A stretch of 59,881 bases of DNA from Candidatus Micrarchaeota archaeon (GTDB taxonomy: Archaea > Micrarchaeota > Micrarchaeia > Anstonellales > Bilamarchaeaceae): positions 1 through 59,881 of the forward strand of contig JAZDMN010000078.1 in assembly GCA_043800955.1 (NCBI GenBank), written 5' to 3'. Shown piece after piece: positions 1-8,303 of this stretch. Under the pieces are notes generated by a model. It had not been told where the DNA came from and made no database searches. It saw only the letters and a program-made list of their open reading frames with translations. Numbering within the stretch: position 1 is the stretch's first letter; the number at the start of each line of letters is the position of its first letter. A program made the translations under genes and the position numbers.

Positions 1-1266
1 ATCATTGCCTGGCCCGCCATACATCAGATCATCCTGGTCACCGCCATAGAGGCTGTCGTTGTCGTCCCCTCCGTCAAGCTGATCGGTGCCCTGCCCTCCG
101 GAGAGATAATCGTTTTCTTCCTTACCGTAAATCTTGTCATAGCCGGATTCTCCATAGAGTATGTCATTGCCGCGGCCGCCGTCGATGGTGTCATCCCCGT
201 TGCCGACGACGATGAATAAGGATATCGAATCCGATGCGCCTGCGACTCCCTCCCCAACCACGTCGATGGTGCCTCGGTACACTCCATCGGAAGCGTTCGC
301 CGGAACGGTGATTGTCATGGACTTCAGCCTGCATGTGCCCTCGGACATTGGCCCGAGGGAACCGGTATCGTTCACCCAGCTTCCCGGCTCGCCGCCGCTC
401 GGGGTGAATGTGACATCGGTCGGGGCGGTATACTTGTTCGTGCATACTGTGAACGTGGCGGTTGAGGAGTCCGTCGGGTCGAGGTTCTCAGCCCATAAAT
501 CAGGCGTGACATTCAAGGGCGGTATTTCATCCGCGCGGTATCCGATGACCTCCACGCTGATTGGCAGTCGGACAGACTCTGAATTGTTGCCTTCTGTCGC
601 GGTGAAGACCATCTCGCCCGCGTAAAAGCCCACCGCCTGGCTGTTGGATGCGACAAGAAGGGAGATATCCTGCCTCTGCCCCGGGGTGAGCTGGAAGGAT
701 GTTGTCGAAGGCGTCAGGCTGACATTGGTATGAGGCCAGGAAAGAGTGCCCTGCACGCTGATATCACGGTCCCAGATGCTCTCTACAAAAAATGAGGGCG
801 ACGCGGATGAGTTCCGCTCCATTATGATTGATACCGCATTCTTGCTCAGGTGGAGCATGGCAGTGCCGATTCTGACCTTGTTGCCTTCTGAGATGACCCA
901 GACCCAGTGGCCGCCCGGCGTCGATGGCCACGAGCCATGGACATCGAACATCTCCGAGGAGGCATAGTCCGTGTCCTCAACGCTGAGCAGGAGCGAGCGG
1001 TTGGAAATGAATGAATCGTCAGGCTCGTATCCTGATGGGATGAAGATGTAAACCTGCTTCTTCGCGCCTTCGCCCTGTGAATACACGTCTTTGGCGGCCG
1101 CGCTGACATCCGCAACGGAATTCAGCGCGTCGTTCTGCCCCTTGAGAGCTGAGATGTTTCCAAGCTGCCCGGACGAAAGAAGGATGATGACTAAAAGTAT
1201 TACTAGGGCGACTGCGAATATGAGAAGGAGCTCCAGGCTGGCCTGCCCCCGCTTATTTGATGCCAA
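1..1266 (-). CDS. Secreted protein with archaeal class III (type IV pilin-like) signal peptide and C-terminal RTX-type Ca-binding repeats; 3' end runs off the window
   Basis: Own minus-strand translation; it is absent from the ORF track because there is no stop in the window. TTG(1266)-[29 protein letters not shown], with E at +5 after the Gly. The last ~65 aa read [62 protein letters not shown], a 9-residue GGxGxD period. The start overlaps the upstream stop by 14 nt. Confidence 0.7.
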   Translation of the reverse strand, partial: MASNKRGQASLELLLIFAVALVILLVIILLSSGQLGNISALKGQNDALNSVADVSAAAKDVYSQGEGAKKQVYIFIPSGYEPDDSFISNRSLLLSVEDTDYASSEMFDVHGSWPSTPGGHWVWVISEGNKVRIGTAMLHLSKNAVSIIMERNSSASPSFFVESIWDRDISVQGTLSWPHTNVSLTPSTTSFQLTPGQRQDISLLVASNSQAVGFYAGEMVFTATEGNNSESVRLPISVEVIGYRADEIPPLNVTPDLWAENLDPTDSSTATFTVCTNKYTAPTDVTFTPSGGEPGSWVNDTGSLGPMSEGTCRLKSMTITVPANASDGVYRGTIDVVGEGVAGASDSISLFIVVGNGDDTIDGGRGNDILYGESGYDKIYGKEENDYLSGGQGTDQLDGGDDNDSLYGGDQDDLMYGGPGND

Positions 1267-2023
1267 CTGCCCCCAGCCTCCGCGACACCCGTACGCCGCT
1301 TCGGGAAATACTGAACCCGCGCATCTCGTCGCTGTGCTGCGTATCCCTCATTTTGATTATCTCGAGGGCTCTGCGGCGGTGCGCCTTTGTCCTCAGGTAG
1401 TAGAGATTGATTATCCCATCAGAAAGGAATCCGAGCCTGCCATATCCTTCCTTGAATGGGGATATTGCGCCTTCAGAGGTTACCAGGGAGGTGGTGTTCC
1501 ATTTACGCAGGATTTCCAGAAGCGAGAGGACCGATTCGTTGGCGCGGTACTGGTTCTCGAAGAGCATCTCATAGGCAGTCAGCGAGTCGATGACGAGCCT
1601 TTTTGCGCCCATGGACTCGAACGTGTCGCGGATTACGCCGCCGCCCTCATCTATGATTTTGACAATCTCGTGCGGCTGGTAGCGGATGACCGCGAACTCG
1701 TTCCTTGCTGCAAGCGCCTCGAAATCCCATGAGAACAGCCTGCCATGCTGGTAAATCATGCTTTCGGATTCGGCGAAACTCAGGAATATGCCCGGCTCGT
1801 CATACTCCTTGATGCCCTGGTAGAGGTACTGCAGGCAGAAAAGCGTTTTGCCCGAGCCCGTGCCCCCCCGCACAAGGGAAGTGCTGTTCCTGACGAATCC
1901 GCCGCAAATCATCTCGTCGAGGCCGGGAACGCCGCTTGGCACCCGCTCCACAACGAAGCCGCGCCCCTTGGAAGAGCTTGCTACCATATACATCAGCCTG
2001 GCTCGCGATAACAATATTGACAA
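1253..2023 (-). CDS. KaiC-like RecA-superfamily ATPase (single KaiC domain, ArlH/FlaH-like)
   Basis: [13 protein letters not shown]...GGTGSGKT (Walker A), RLVIDSL (Walker B). It sits directly upstream of, and overlaps, the pilin-like gene. Confidence 0.8.
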   Translation of the reverse strand: MSILLSRARLMYMVASSSKGRGFVVERVPSGVPGLDEMICGGFVRNSTSLVRGGTGSGKTLFCLQYLYQGIKEYDEPGIFLSFAESESMIYQHGRLFSWDFEALAARNEFAVIRYQPHEIVKIIDEGGGVIRDTFESMGAKRLVIDSLTAYEMLFENQYRANESVLSLLEILRKWNTTSLVTSEGAISPFKEGYGRLGFLSDGIINLYYLRTKAHRRRALEIIKMRDTQHSDEMRGFSISRSGVRVSRRLGAVGIK

Positions 2024-2042
2024 ATCCGAGCAGATTTAAAAA

Positions 2043-2342
2043 TCATAGTGTGGGACGACGGGACGAAAATACGCTGGCCGGGCGTTTCCGTGGGCCGATG
2101 ATGATGGGTTCCAGTTTCAGCGCGATGGATAAGAGGATTACGTATCCGAGAAGCCCGGCCGCTATCTCCTCGATTTCGCCGATGCCGATGGGAACTGTCC
2201 CGAAGTAAGAATTGAGGGGCGGGCTGATTACGGCAAATTCAAGAATTATGGAGGATAGCACCGCCAGGTGGAGCCATTTGTTAGAAGCGATGCGGGTTAT
2301 TCCCTCGCCGTGCCTCCAGCGTACAGCGTACACGGTGAGCAT
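2043..2342 (-). CDS. Small membrane protein resembling the last two TM helices (Cation_ATPase_C) of the adjacent P-type ATPase; may be a gene remnant
   Basis: SNKWLHLAVLSSIILEFAVISPPLNSYFGTVPIG aligns by eye with ANKWIVVTTLLTLGLHLAILYHPMLNEMFHVKPLA at the C-terminus of ORF 2414..5077. Confidence 0.4.
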   Translation of the reverse strand: MLTVYAVRWRHGEGITRIASNKWLHLAVLSSIILEFAVISPPLNSYFGTVPIGIGEIEEIAAGLLGYVILLSIALKLEPIIIGPRKRPASVFSSRRPTL

Positions 2343-2413
2343 CTCCAGAAGTGACCTCGTAGGAAGCCCTGAATAAACTGACTGGTCAAGCCGGGGAAAC
2401 GGCTGTAATTGTG

Positions 2414-5077
2414 TCAGCTATTGAGTACTGATGGGACAATTTGCGAAACCTGGGTTTTAGTCCTCGTCCCAGTCCACTTCCTCGCCTCAAGATAAACGAA
2501 AAGGAAAAGGCTCGCCCCCAAAATCACCGCCCAGTGTTCCAGCGCAAGTGGCTTCACATGGAACATCTCGTTCAGCATGGGATGGTAAAGTATCGCAAGG
2601 TGCAACCCCAGCGTCAGCAATGTTGTCACCACAATCCATTTGTTCGCAAGCGCCTCCCGCCACACCGGCTTTTCGAGGGACCTGCATGCAAACACCTGCA
2701 CCTTTTCAAACATCACCATCATCGTGAAGGCAATCGTCTGGGCAAGCACCAGGTCTCCCAGGCCCACCATATATTCAAACGCCGCAAGGGTCGCAAACGT
2801 TGCTATTATTGGGTATTCCACAATGAAAAGGCCCATGCCTTTCCATATGCTTTCATTTTTCTGCCTTGGCTGTTTCTTCATCACATCCCGGTCTACCGGG
2901 TCAATCGCCAGCGCAATCGCCGGAAGGCCATCAGTAACAAGGTTTATCCACAATATTTGTATTGCTATTAGCGGGAGCGGCATTCCCGCCATCACTGAGA
3001 TGAATATCACGGCCACTTCCATGATGTTTCCTGAAATGAGGAATGCCAGGGTTTTCCTTATGTTTTCATATATGCCCCGCCCCTCCTCCACAGCCGCCAC
3101 AATGCTCGCAAAATTGTCATCCACAAGAACCATGTCCGCGCTCTCTTTCGCGACCTCAGTTCCGGTTATACCCATCGCAACCCCGATATCCGCCTTCTTC
3201 AGCGCGGGCGCGTCGTTCACCCCATCACCAGTCATTGCGACAACATGCCCCCTTGCATTGAGGGCATTCACTATGCGAAGCTTGTGTGCGGGCGATACGC
3301 GAGCATATACGGATATTTCGTCAACTATCTTCTCAAGCCGGGCTGCATCCATCCGGTCCAATTCCTCCCCGATCACAACCTTTCCGTTCTCTATCCCCAA
3401 CTCTTCCGCCACCGCTTTTGCTGTAAGAGGATGGTCGCCGGTTATCATCACCACCCTTATCCCCGCGCTTCTGCACAGCCCAAGTGCATCCTTGACCTCT
3501 TCCCTAGGTGTGTCCATCATTCCCGCTACCCCTATGAAAATAAGCTCCGCCTCAACCTCCGTCTGCCTGAACCTGCCGCCCGTTGCAAGTTCCTTGTATG
3601 CAATCGCAAGCGTTCTGTATCCCTTCGAGGTGAGGGCATCGTTTTCCCTGCGTATAAGTTCCAAATCCTCTTTGGTAAGCTTCCTCAGCTTTCCGCCCCC
3701 CAAAATCCTTGAGCATTTCTGTAGCAAAATCTCAGGGGCGCCTTTTGAGTATGCAATTGTTTTCCCCCCGCCCTTCCTGACGATTGTCATCATTTTTCGC
3801 TCAGAGTCGAACGGAAACTCCACGACCACAGGATTTCCTTCCTCAAGCCCATCTTTCCAAAGCCCGCCCTTGGCAGCGAGCACAAGCAACGAGCCCTCGG
3901 TCGGGTCGCCTATTATCCCCCAGCCCCTATTCTCCTCCTTCAGGGTTGCGCCGTTGCATAACACACCGGCCGTCATCAGCGCTTTCAATTCCTCATCCGG
4001 CTCAGCATTACCCGTCCCGATTGAAAATCCGCCCTTCGGCTCATACCCCGAGCCGTCCACATCCACGACCCTTCCCCCTACGAACACCTTTCGCACGGTC
4101 ATCTCATTCCTGGTCAGGGTGCCCGTCTTATCCGTACAAATGACATCCGCGCATCCAAGGGTCTCCACCGATTTCAGCTTTTTCACTATCGAGTTCCTGC
4201 GACTCATTCTCTGCACGCCCACCGCGAGCGTAACCACAACCACTGCAGGAAGGCCCTCGGGTATCGCCGCAACCGCCAGGCTCACCGAAGTCAGGAACAT
4301 GCCCAGGGGCTCAAAGCCCCTGAAAATCCCGATAAGGAAAATGAATGCGCAAAGAACCAGCACGCCCAGCCCTATATGGTGCCCCATCTTCTCCAGGCCC
4401 ACTTCCAATGGAGTCCTTTCCTTCTTCACGGTCTGCACCAGCTCGGTTATCTTCCCCATCCTGGTTTGCATTCCCGTGGCCTCAACAACCATCTTTCCTT
4501 TTCCGGCAGCTATCACCGTTCCCATGAATGCGCCGTCTTCCCCCGCCTCCTTGTGCAATGGAACGCTCTCCCCGCTCAGTGCCGCCTCATCCGCCGCGAG
4601 GCTGAAGGATTCCGTCACCCTCCCGTCCGCAGGCACCCTGTCCCCGGCCTCAAGCAGCACCAGGTCCCCGGGGACTATTTCCCGCGCATCAACCACTACG
4701 ACCTCCCCGTCCCGAATGACGCTTGCCTTGGGGGAGACCATTTTCTTCAGCGCTTCAAAGGATTTTTCTGCCCGGTACTCCTGTATGAAGCCGAGCACCC
4801 CCTGCAGGACCACTATCGCCAGTATCATTGCCGCATCCAGCATCTCATCCAGCATCGCAGCCACAACCGCAGCGGCTATTAGCAGCAAAACAAGGAAATT
4901 CGTAAAGCTCCTGATGAATTTGACTGCAATGTGCTCCCCTTTCTTCTCGACAAGTTCGTTAGGGCCGTGCTCAGCAAACAGTGCCTTCGCCCTTGCGCTC
5001 GTTAGGCCTCTGCTCCCCGTCATGTCTATCAGTAAATCTGAAAGTGTATAAAAAGGCGTTGAGATTATCTTTGCCAC
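2414..5077 (-). CDS. P2-type cation-transporting ATPase (Ca2+-ATPase-like)
   Basis: DKTGTLT phosphorylation site, PEGLPAVV, TGDGVNDAPALKKADIGVAMG; GTG start. Confidence 0.9.
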   Translation of the reverse strand: MAKIISTPFYTLSDLLIDMTGSRGLTSARAKALFAEHGPNELVEKKGEHIAVKFIRSFTNFLVLLLIAAAVVAAMLDEMLDAAMILAIVVLQGVLGFIQEYRAEKSFEALKKMVSPKASVIRDGEVVVVDAREIVPGDLVLLEAGDRVPADGRVTESFSLAADEAALSGESVPLHKEAGEDGAFMGTVIAAGKGKMVVEATGMQTRMGKITELVQTVKKERTPLEVGLEKMGHHIGLGVLVLCAFIFLIGIFRGFEPLGMFLTSVSLAVAAIPEGLPAVVVVTLAVGVQRMSRRNSIVKKLKSVETLGCADVICTDKTGTLTRNEMTVRKVFVGGRVVDVDGSGYEPKGGFSIGTGNAEPDEELKALMTAGVLCNGATLKEENRGWGIIGDPTEGSLLVLAAKGGLWKDGLEEGNPVVVEFPFDSERKMMTIVRKGGGKTIAYSKGAPEILLQKCSRILGGGKLRKLTKEDLELIRRENDALTSKGYRTLAIAYKELATGGRFRQTEVEAELIFIGVAGMMDTPREEVKDALGLCRSAGIRVVMITGDHPLTAKAVAEELGIENGKVVIGEELDRMDAARLEKIVDEISVYARVSPAHKLRIVNALNARGHVVAMTGDGVNDAPALKKADIGVAMGITGTEVAKESADMVLVDDNFASIVAAVEEGRGIYENIRKTLAFLISGNIMEVAVIFISVMAGMPLPLIAIQILWINLVTDGLPAIALAIDPVDRDVMKKQPRQKNESIWKGMGLFIVEYPIIATFATLAAFEYMVGLGDLVLAQTIAFTMMVMFEKVQVFACRSLEKPVWREALANKWIVVTTLLTLGLHLAILYHPMLNEMFHVKPLALEHWAVILGASLFLFVYLEARKWTGTRTKTQVSQIVPSVLNS

Positions 5078-5239
5078 GGATTACCTTCCAGCTGATTTTG
5101 CACCTTAGCAGTGTTTCACTGTATTAAGTCAACAATTCGATTGGCGAGATTTCAACTTTTATTTTCTTTCGACGTTAATTTCAATCGGTTAAACAGATAC
5201 TGGTGGCAAGTGGAAGCCATAAACAAAAAAGTACTGCGA

Positions 5240-6148
5240 TTATCCGAATCCGGACACCGCGTCAATCAGGGTCACGTTGAAATACAGCGTCTCGTTCGCA
5301 AGGGGGTGGTTGGAGTCGAGCGTGATGTTCTGGTCTGTCTTGTCCAGAACGGTGTAGCGCGTCGGCTGCCCGGTGGCTGGGTCGGCAAGGTTATATGTGC
5401 TGTTGACATTGAGCAGCAGCTCTATTGTCGATGTGAAATTGGACGAATTGACAACCTGCTGGGGCATGTTCATGTACTTGAATGATGTGCCAGGCGTGGC
5501 AAGCGACAGGTAGAAGAGCGTGACGTTCTCATCGTTGACATCCTGCGCGAAGACAGTGCCAAAGGGCGAATCGAATCCCGTGCCGTTTGCTATTGAGAGA
5601 TTCCGCTCTGTGAAATAGGACCTCGGAACGGTTTCATAGAGGCTCTTTTCGTAGTAGCGCGGGACTGTGATTATCTTTTTCGGGTCGTATGGGCCATAAC
5701 CCCTCGATGGCTCTACGCTGAAGGTGATGGTTTCGTTGATTTTCATACCTACCATATTGGTTACGAAGCCGTCTATGACGCCCTTGTTGAAAAGGACCAT
5801 AAAGGTGAAGGGCTTGTACGTCCTAAGAGGGTTGAAAATCCCGGATTCGTTGGCGAGGGTCGCATTGCTCGTATCGTACAGCTTGCCCTGGACATACAGC
5901 GAATACATGACTGAAACGTTGTCCCCTAGGCTTACCGAGTAATCCGGAGGCAGCGGCTTGGGGCCGGTGCTTGCGTTGGTCGCTGTGCTCGCGTTCGTCA
6001 GGTTCGCCGGCGGGTTCGCAGGTTGCGAGACCGAGCCGTTAGGCGAGTTAATCACCGGCTGGGTGTTCGTCGTATTTCCTTCTGGGGGCGGGTTGATGCA
6101 CCCGAACAGCAGAAGGCCGATTATCGCGAAGATGATGATGTTGCGCAT
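5240..6148 (-). CDS. Secreted lipoprotein-like FKBP-type peptidyl-prolyl isomerase (SlyD-like with insert-in-flap domain)
   Basis: Start moved to MRNIIIFAIIGLLLFGC (signal peptide plus Cys), with GAGGTG 6 nt upstream. FKBP motifs are GVIDGFVTNMVGMK and NHPLANETLYFNVTLIDAV. The track's longer ORF (to 6385) runs through a tRNA gene. Confidence 0.75.
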   Translation of the reverse strand: MRNIIIFAIIGLLLFGCINPPPEGNTTNTQPVINSPNGSVSQPANPPANLTNASTATNASTGPKPLPPDYSVSLGDNVSVMYSLYVQGKLYDTSNATLANESGIFNPLRTYKPFTFMVLFNKGVIDGFVTNMVGMKINETITFSVEPSRGYGPYDPKKIITVPRYYEKSLYETVPRSYFTERNLSIANGTGFDSPFGTVFAQDVNDENVTLFYLSLATPGTSFKYMNMPQQVVNSSNFTSTIELLLNVNSTYNLADPATGQPTRYTVLDKTDQNITLDSNHPLANETLYFNVTLIDAVSGFG

Positions 6149-6173
6149 ATTTTTCACCTCGGAAATAATGAAT

Positions 6174-6228
6174 AAAAAAATATGGGGTAGTCGTGAACCA
6201 GCGGGTTCACTTTCCCCCCATTTCTTCG
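6174..6228 (-). terminator. Hairpin plus T7 tract downstream of tRNA-Trp
   Basis: Minus strand reads GTGAACC-CGCT-GGTTCAC flanked by ATGGGG/CCCCAT, followed by TTTTTTT. Confidence 0.35.
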
Positions 6229-6231
6229 AAA

Positions 6232-6399
6232 TGGGGTCACGGAGATTCGAACTCCGACGTACAGGTTTCACGGCTCGTTTGCCTCCGCAAAGCGGAAGCG
6301 GGATCTGGAGCTTCGACAGCCGTACTGAGAAAAAGATTTTCAGGACGGCTTCTGCCGCGCTACCAGGTTGCGTGCCAAAAGGCATTACGCCATAACCCC
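6232..6399 (-). tRNA. tRNA-Trp(CCA) with three predicted introns (6388..6372, 6351..6312, 6304..6267)
   Basis: Hand fold. Acceptor GGGGTTA/TGACCCC plus A. D-arm GC[17 nt]GC-AACCTGGTA-GCGC. Anticodon arm GCAG[40 nt]G-CTCCAG[38 nt]A-CCTGT. T-arm CGGAG-TTCGAAT-CTCCG. The spliced product is 73 nt. Confidence 0.6.
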
Positions 6400-6452
6400 A
6401 TAACAGACTTGGGCAACTGACCCAAGAGGAGTATTATTAGGCTAGGTCACGT

Positions 6453-7370
6453 TTAAATTAATAGGTGGATGAGCTCGGTTTCGACCGCAACAAGCTCAGC
6501 ATGGAACTTTTCACGCCCTAAGACGCTTATTTGGTACTCTGGTGAATATTGTTTTCGCCGGTAGGAATAAATTGACGTGCAGTATCCGAGCCCTGCCAAT
6601 GCGGATTCGAGGTCATTTTTCATCGTTCTACTGGACGTATAAAACCTGAGGTATTTTTTCGTGAGGGAACCGTCGGTGTGGAATAACCCGAGCAACAATG
6701 CAAGTTTTTGATTTCGGGTCAAACCATCAAACTCGGATAATCCGACTGTGTGTGCTTTCCTTGGCCCAAGCCCGAAAAAACGATTAAAAAAATAATAGAT
6801 GGCCTTGTTGGAATATTTCAGAAGATAGCTTCGTCGTCCATCAGAGCGTTTTATGCGTTTTATCTTTCTGGATACCAGAAAAACATGACTAAATGCCCGC
6901 TCAATCAGCTTCAGGATGCTTCTATCTGCCATCTCATAACTGATGAAGTACGACTCCCCGGGTGCATGTCGGAGGGAGCCATCGCCGATTGTCGCTCCGA
7001 CGAGGAACATGAGGGGTAGGGACGGAGCGACAGGAAGCGTTGCGCAACAATGCCCTGCGGCCTTGCCAGAGTACAATCTTGTGACTCGCAGTTTATAGAA
7101 ACGCTCACGCCCAATGATCCTAACTGCCTCGTCGATTGGTATTCCATATTCGCATCTTAGCCACGAGGAGAGGGTATTCCTGGAGATACGGAGGGAATGG
7201 GCTGAGATGAAATGCCCGCAGGATGCTTCGCCCTTCACCTCGTTTAACAAAGCTACAAGCTGTCGGTCTTTGATCCTGAAGCCAAGGCCAAGCAATTTTG
7301 AATAATCGAGTCTGAATCCAGCCATAAAGGAGATTCGCCTTGCAACGATAAAAACGCGGGGATGCGTCAT
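6453..7370 (-). CDS. Free-standing double-motif LAGLIDADG homing-endonuclease-like protein with N-terminal HTH
   Basis: Two LAGLIDADG-type motifs, MFLVGATIGDGSL and LLLGLFHTDGSL. The track start at 7388 is TTG; the first ATG is at 7370. Confidence 0.7.
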   Translation of the reverse strand: MTHPRVFIVARRISFMAGFRLDYSKLLGLGFRIKDRQLVALLNEVKGEASCGHFISAHSLRISRNTLSSWLRCEYGIPIDEAVRIIGRERFYKLRVTRLYSGKAAGHCCATLPVAPSLPLMFLVGATIGDGSLRHAPGESYFISYEMADRSILKLIERAFSHVFLVSRKIKRIKRSDGRRSYLLKYSNKAIYYFFNRFFGLGPRKAHTVGLSEFDGLTRNQKLALLLGLFHTDGSLTKKYLRFYTSSRTMKNDLESALAGLGYCTSIYSYRRKQYSPEYQISVLGREKFHAELVAVETELIHLLI

Positions 7371-7416
7371 TTCCGCGGAAACCACCAATTAAAAGGCCGG
7401 CTCCAATAATTTGTGC

Positions 7417-8226
7417 ATGGACGCGCGGGAAATGCTGGTTCGGGCCGCAGAGGAGAGAAAGACTATTCTATGTTTCGGTATAGACCCGGACATCCGCAGG
7501 ATGGAGGCGGCGATAGGGCACGGGAAGACAGTGGAGCAGACCATTACCCAGTTTTTCCATCCTATAATCGAAAAGCTTCTGGAAGAGAATGCCGTTTCTG
7601 CGCTGAAGCCGAACTATGCGTATTTTGCGCAATTCGGATTCGAAGGCCTTTACGCGCTCCAGGACATCATCCAGCACTACCGAGGCAAGGTACCGATAAT
7701 ACTCGATGGAAAGCGCGGCGACATCGGAAAGAGCAGCGAGGCATATGCGCACGAGGCGTATGAATTCTGGGGCGCGGACGCGGTAACAATCAGCCCGTAC
7801 ATGGGCGAGGATTCGGTGAAGCCGTTCGTGCGCGAGGGAAAGCTTGCATACATGCTTTGCAGGACCTCGAATCCGGGCGCGAAGGACTTCGAAGAGCTGA
7901 TGGTCGGGAAGAAGGCGGTGTACGAGCATGTAGCGGAAAAAGCGATGGAATGGAAGACCGGCCTTGTCGTCGGGGCGACCAGCGATGCGATAAAGAAGCT
8001 CGCGAAGGCGACGAAGAATGAGGTTCCGTTCCTGATTCCAGGGATAGGGAGCCAGGGCGGGGATTTGGCGATGGTGATGGATGCGATAAAGGCTAATCCG
8101 CACATCCACCGCATCAACGCCTCGTCCTCCATCGCCTATGCGTACCAGAAGGCGGGCGGGAACCCTGCGGACGCGGCGCTGAAAGAGGCCGAAAAGCTGA
8201 ACGAAACTATAAGGAAGCATCTCTGA
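7417..8226 (+). CDS. pyrF: Orotidine 5'-phosphate decarboxylase (type 2)
   Basis: ILCFGIDPD, ALKPNYAYF, ILDGKRGDIGKSS, CRTSNPGA. ATG at 7417; the track start at 7411 is TTG. Confidence 0.85.
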   Translation: MDAREMLVRAAEERKTILCFGIDPDIRRMEAAIGHGKTVEQTITQFFHPIIEKLLEENAVSALKPNYAYFAQFGFEGLYALQDIIQHYRGKVPIILDGKRGDIGKSSEAYAHEAYEFWGADAVTISPYMGEDSVKPFVREGKLAYMLCRTSNPGAKDFEELMVGKKAVYEHVAEKAMEWKTGLVVGATSDAIKKLAKATKNEVPFLIPGIGSQGGDLAMVMDAIKANPHIHRINASSSIAYAYQKAGGNPADAALKEAEKLNETIRKHL

Positions 8227-8303
8227 ACGCTAATTGTGTTATCAAAAGTATTAAAAAGTGTAATTAACACATATTCTGCAGGTTTCAAACGTCAGGTTTT
8301 GCT

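Noticed and set aside
2640-5051. 803-aa ORF on the plus strand
   Set aside because: It is fully antisense to the P-type ATPase, which has unambiguous motifs. Its S/T/A/P-rich low-complexity translation is typical of an antisense frame in GC-rich DNA.
6183-6228. Possible second tRNA, tRNA half or att copy after tRNA-Trp (TGGGG...GTGAACC-CGCT-GGTTCAC...ACCCCAT)
   Set aside because: The hairpin has a 7-bp stem and 4-nt loop, so it is not a T-arm. Only a 7-nt match (ACCCCAT) to the tRNA end is present. It is better explained as a terminator hairpin followed by T7.
6149-6385. N-terminal extension of the PPIase ORF (track start 6385), plus ORFs 5958..6395 and 6193..6420
   Set aside because: The extension reads through the tRNA-Trp gene and its terminator. 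A signal peptide with an SD begins at 6148.
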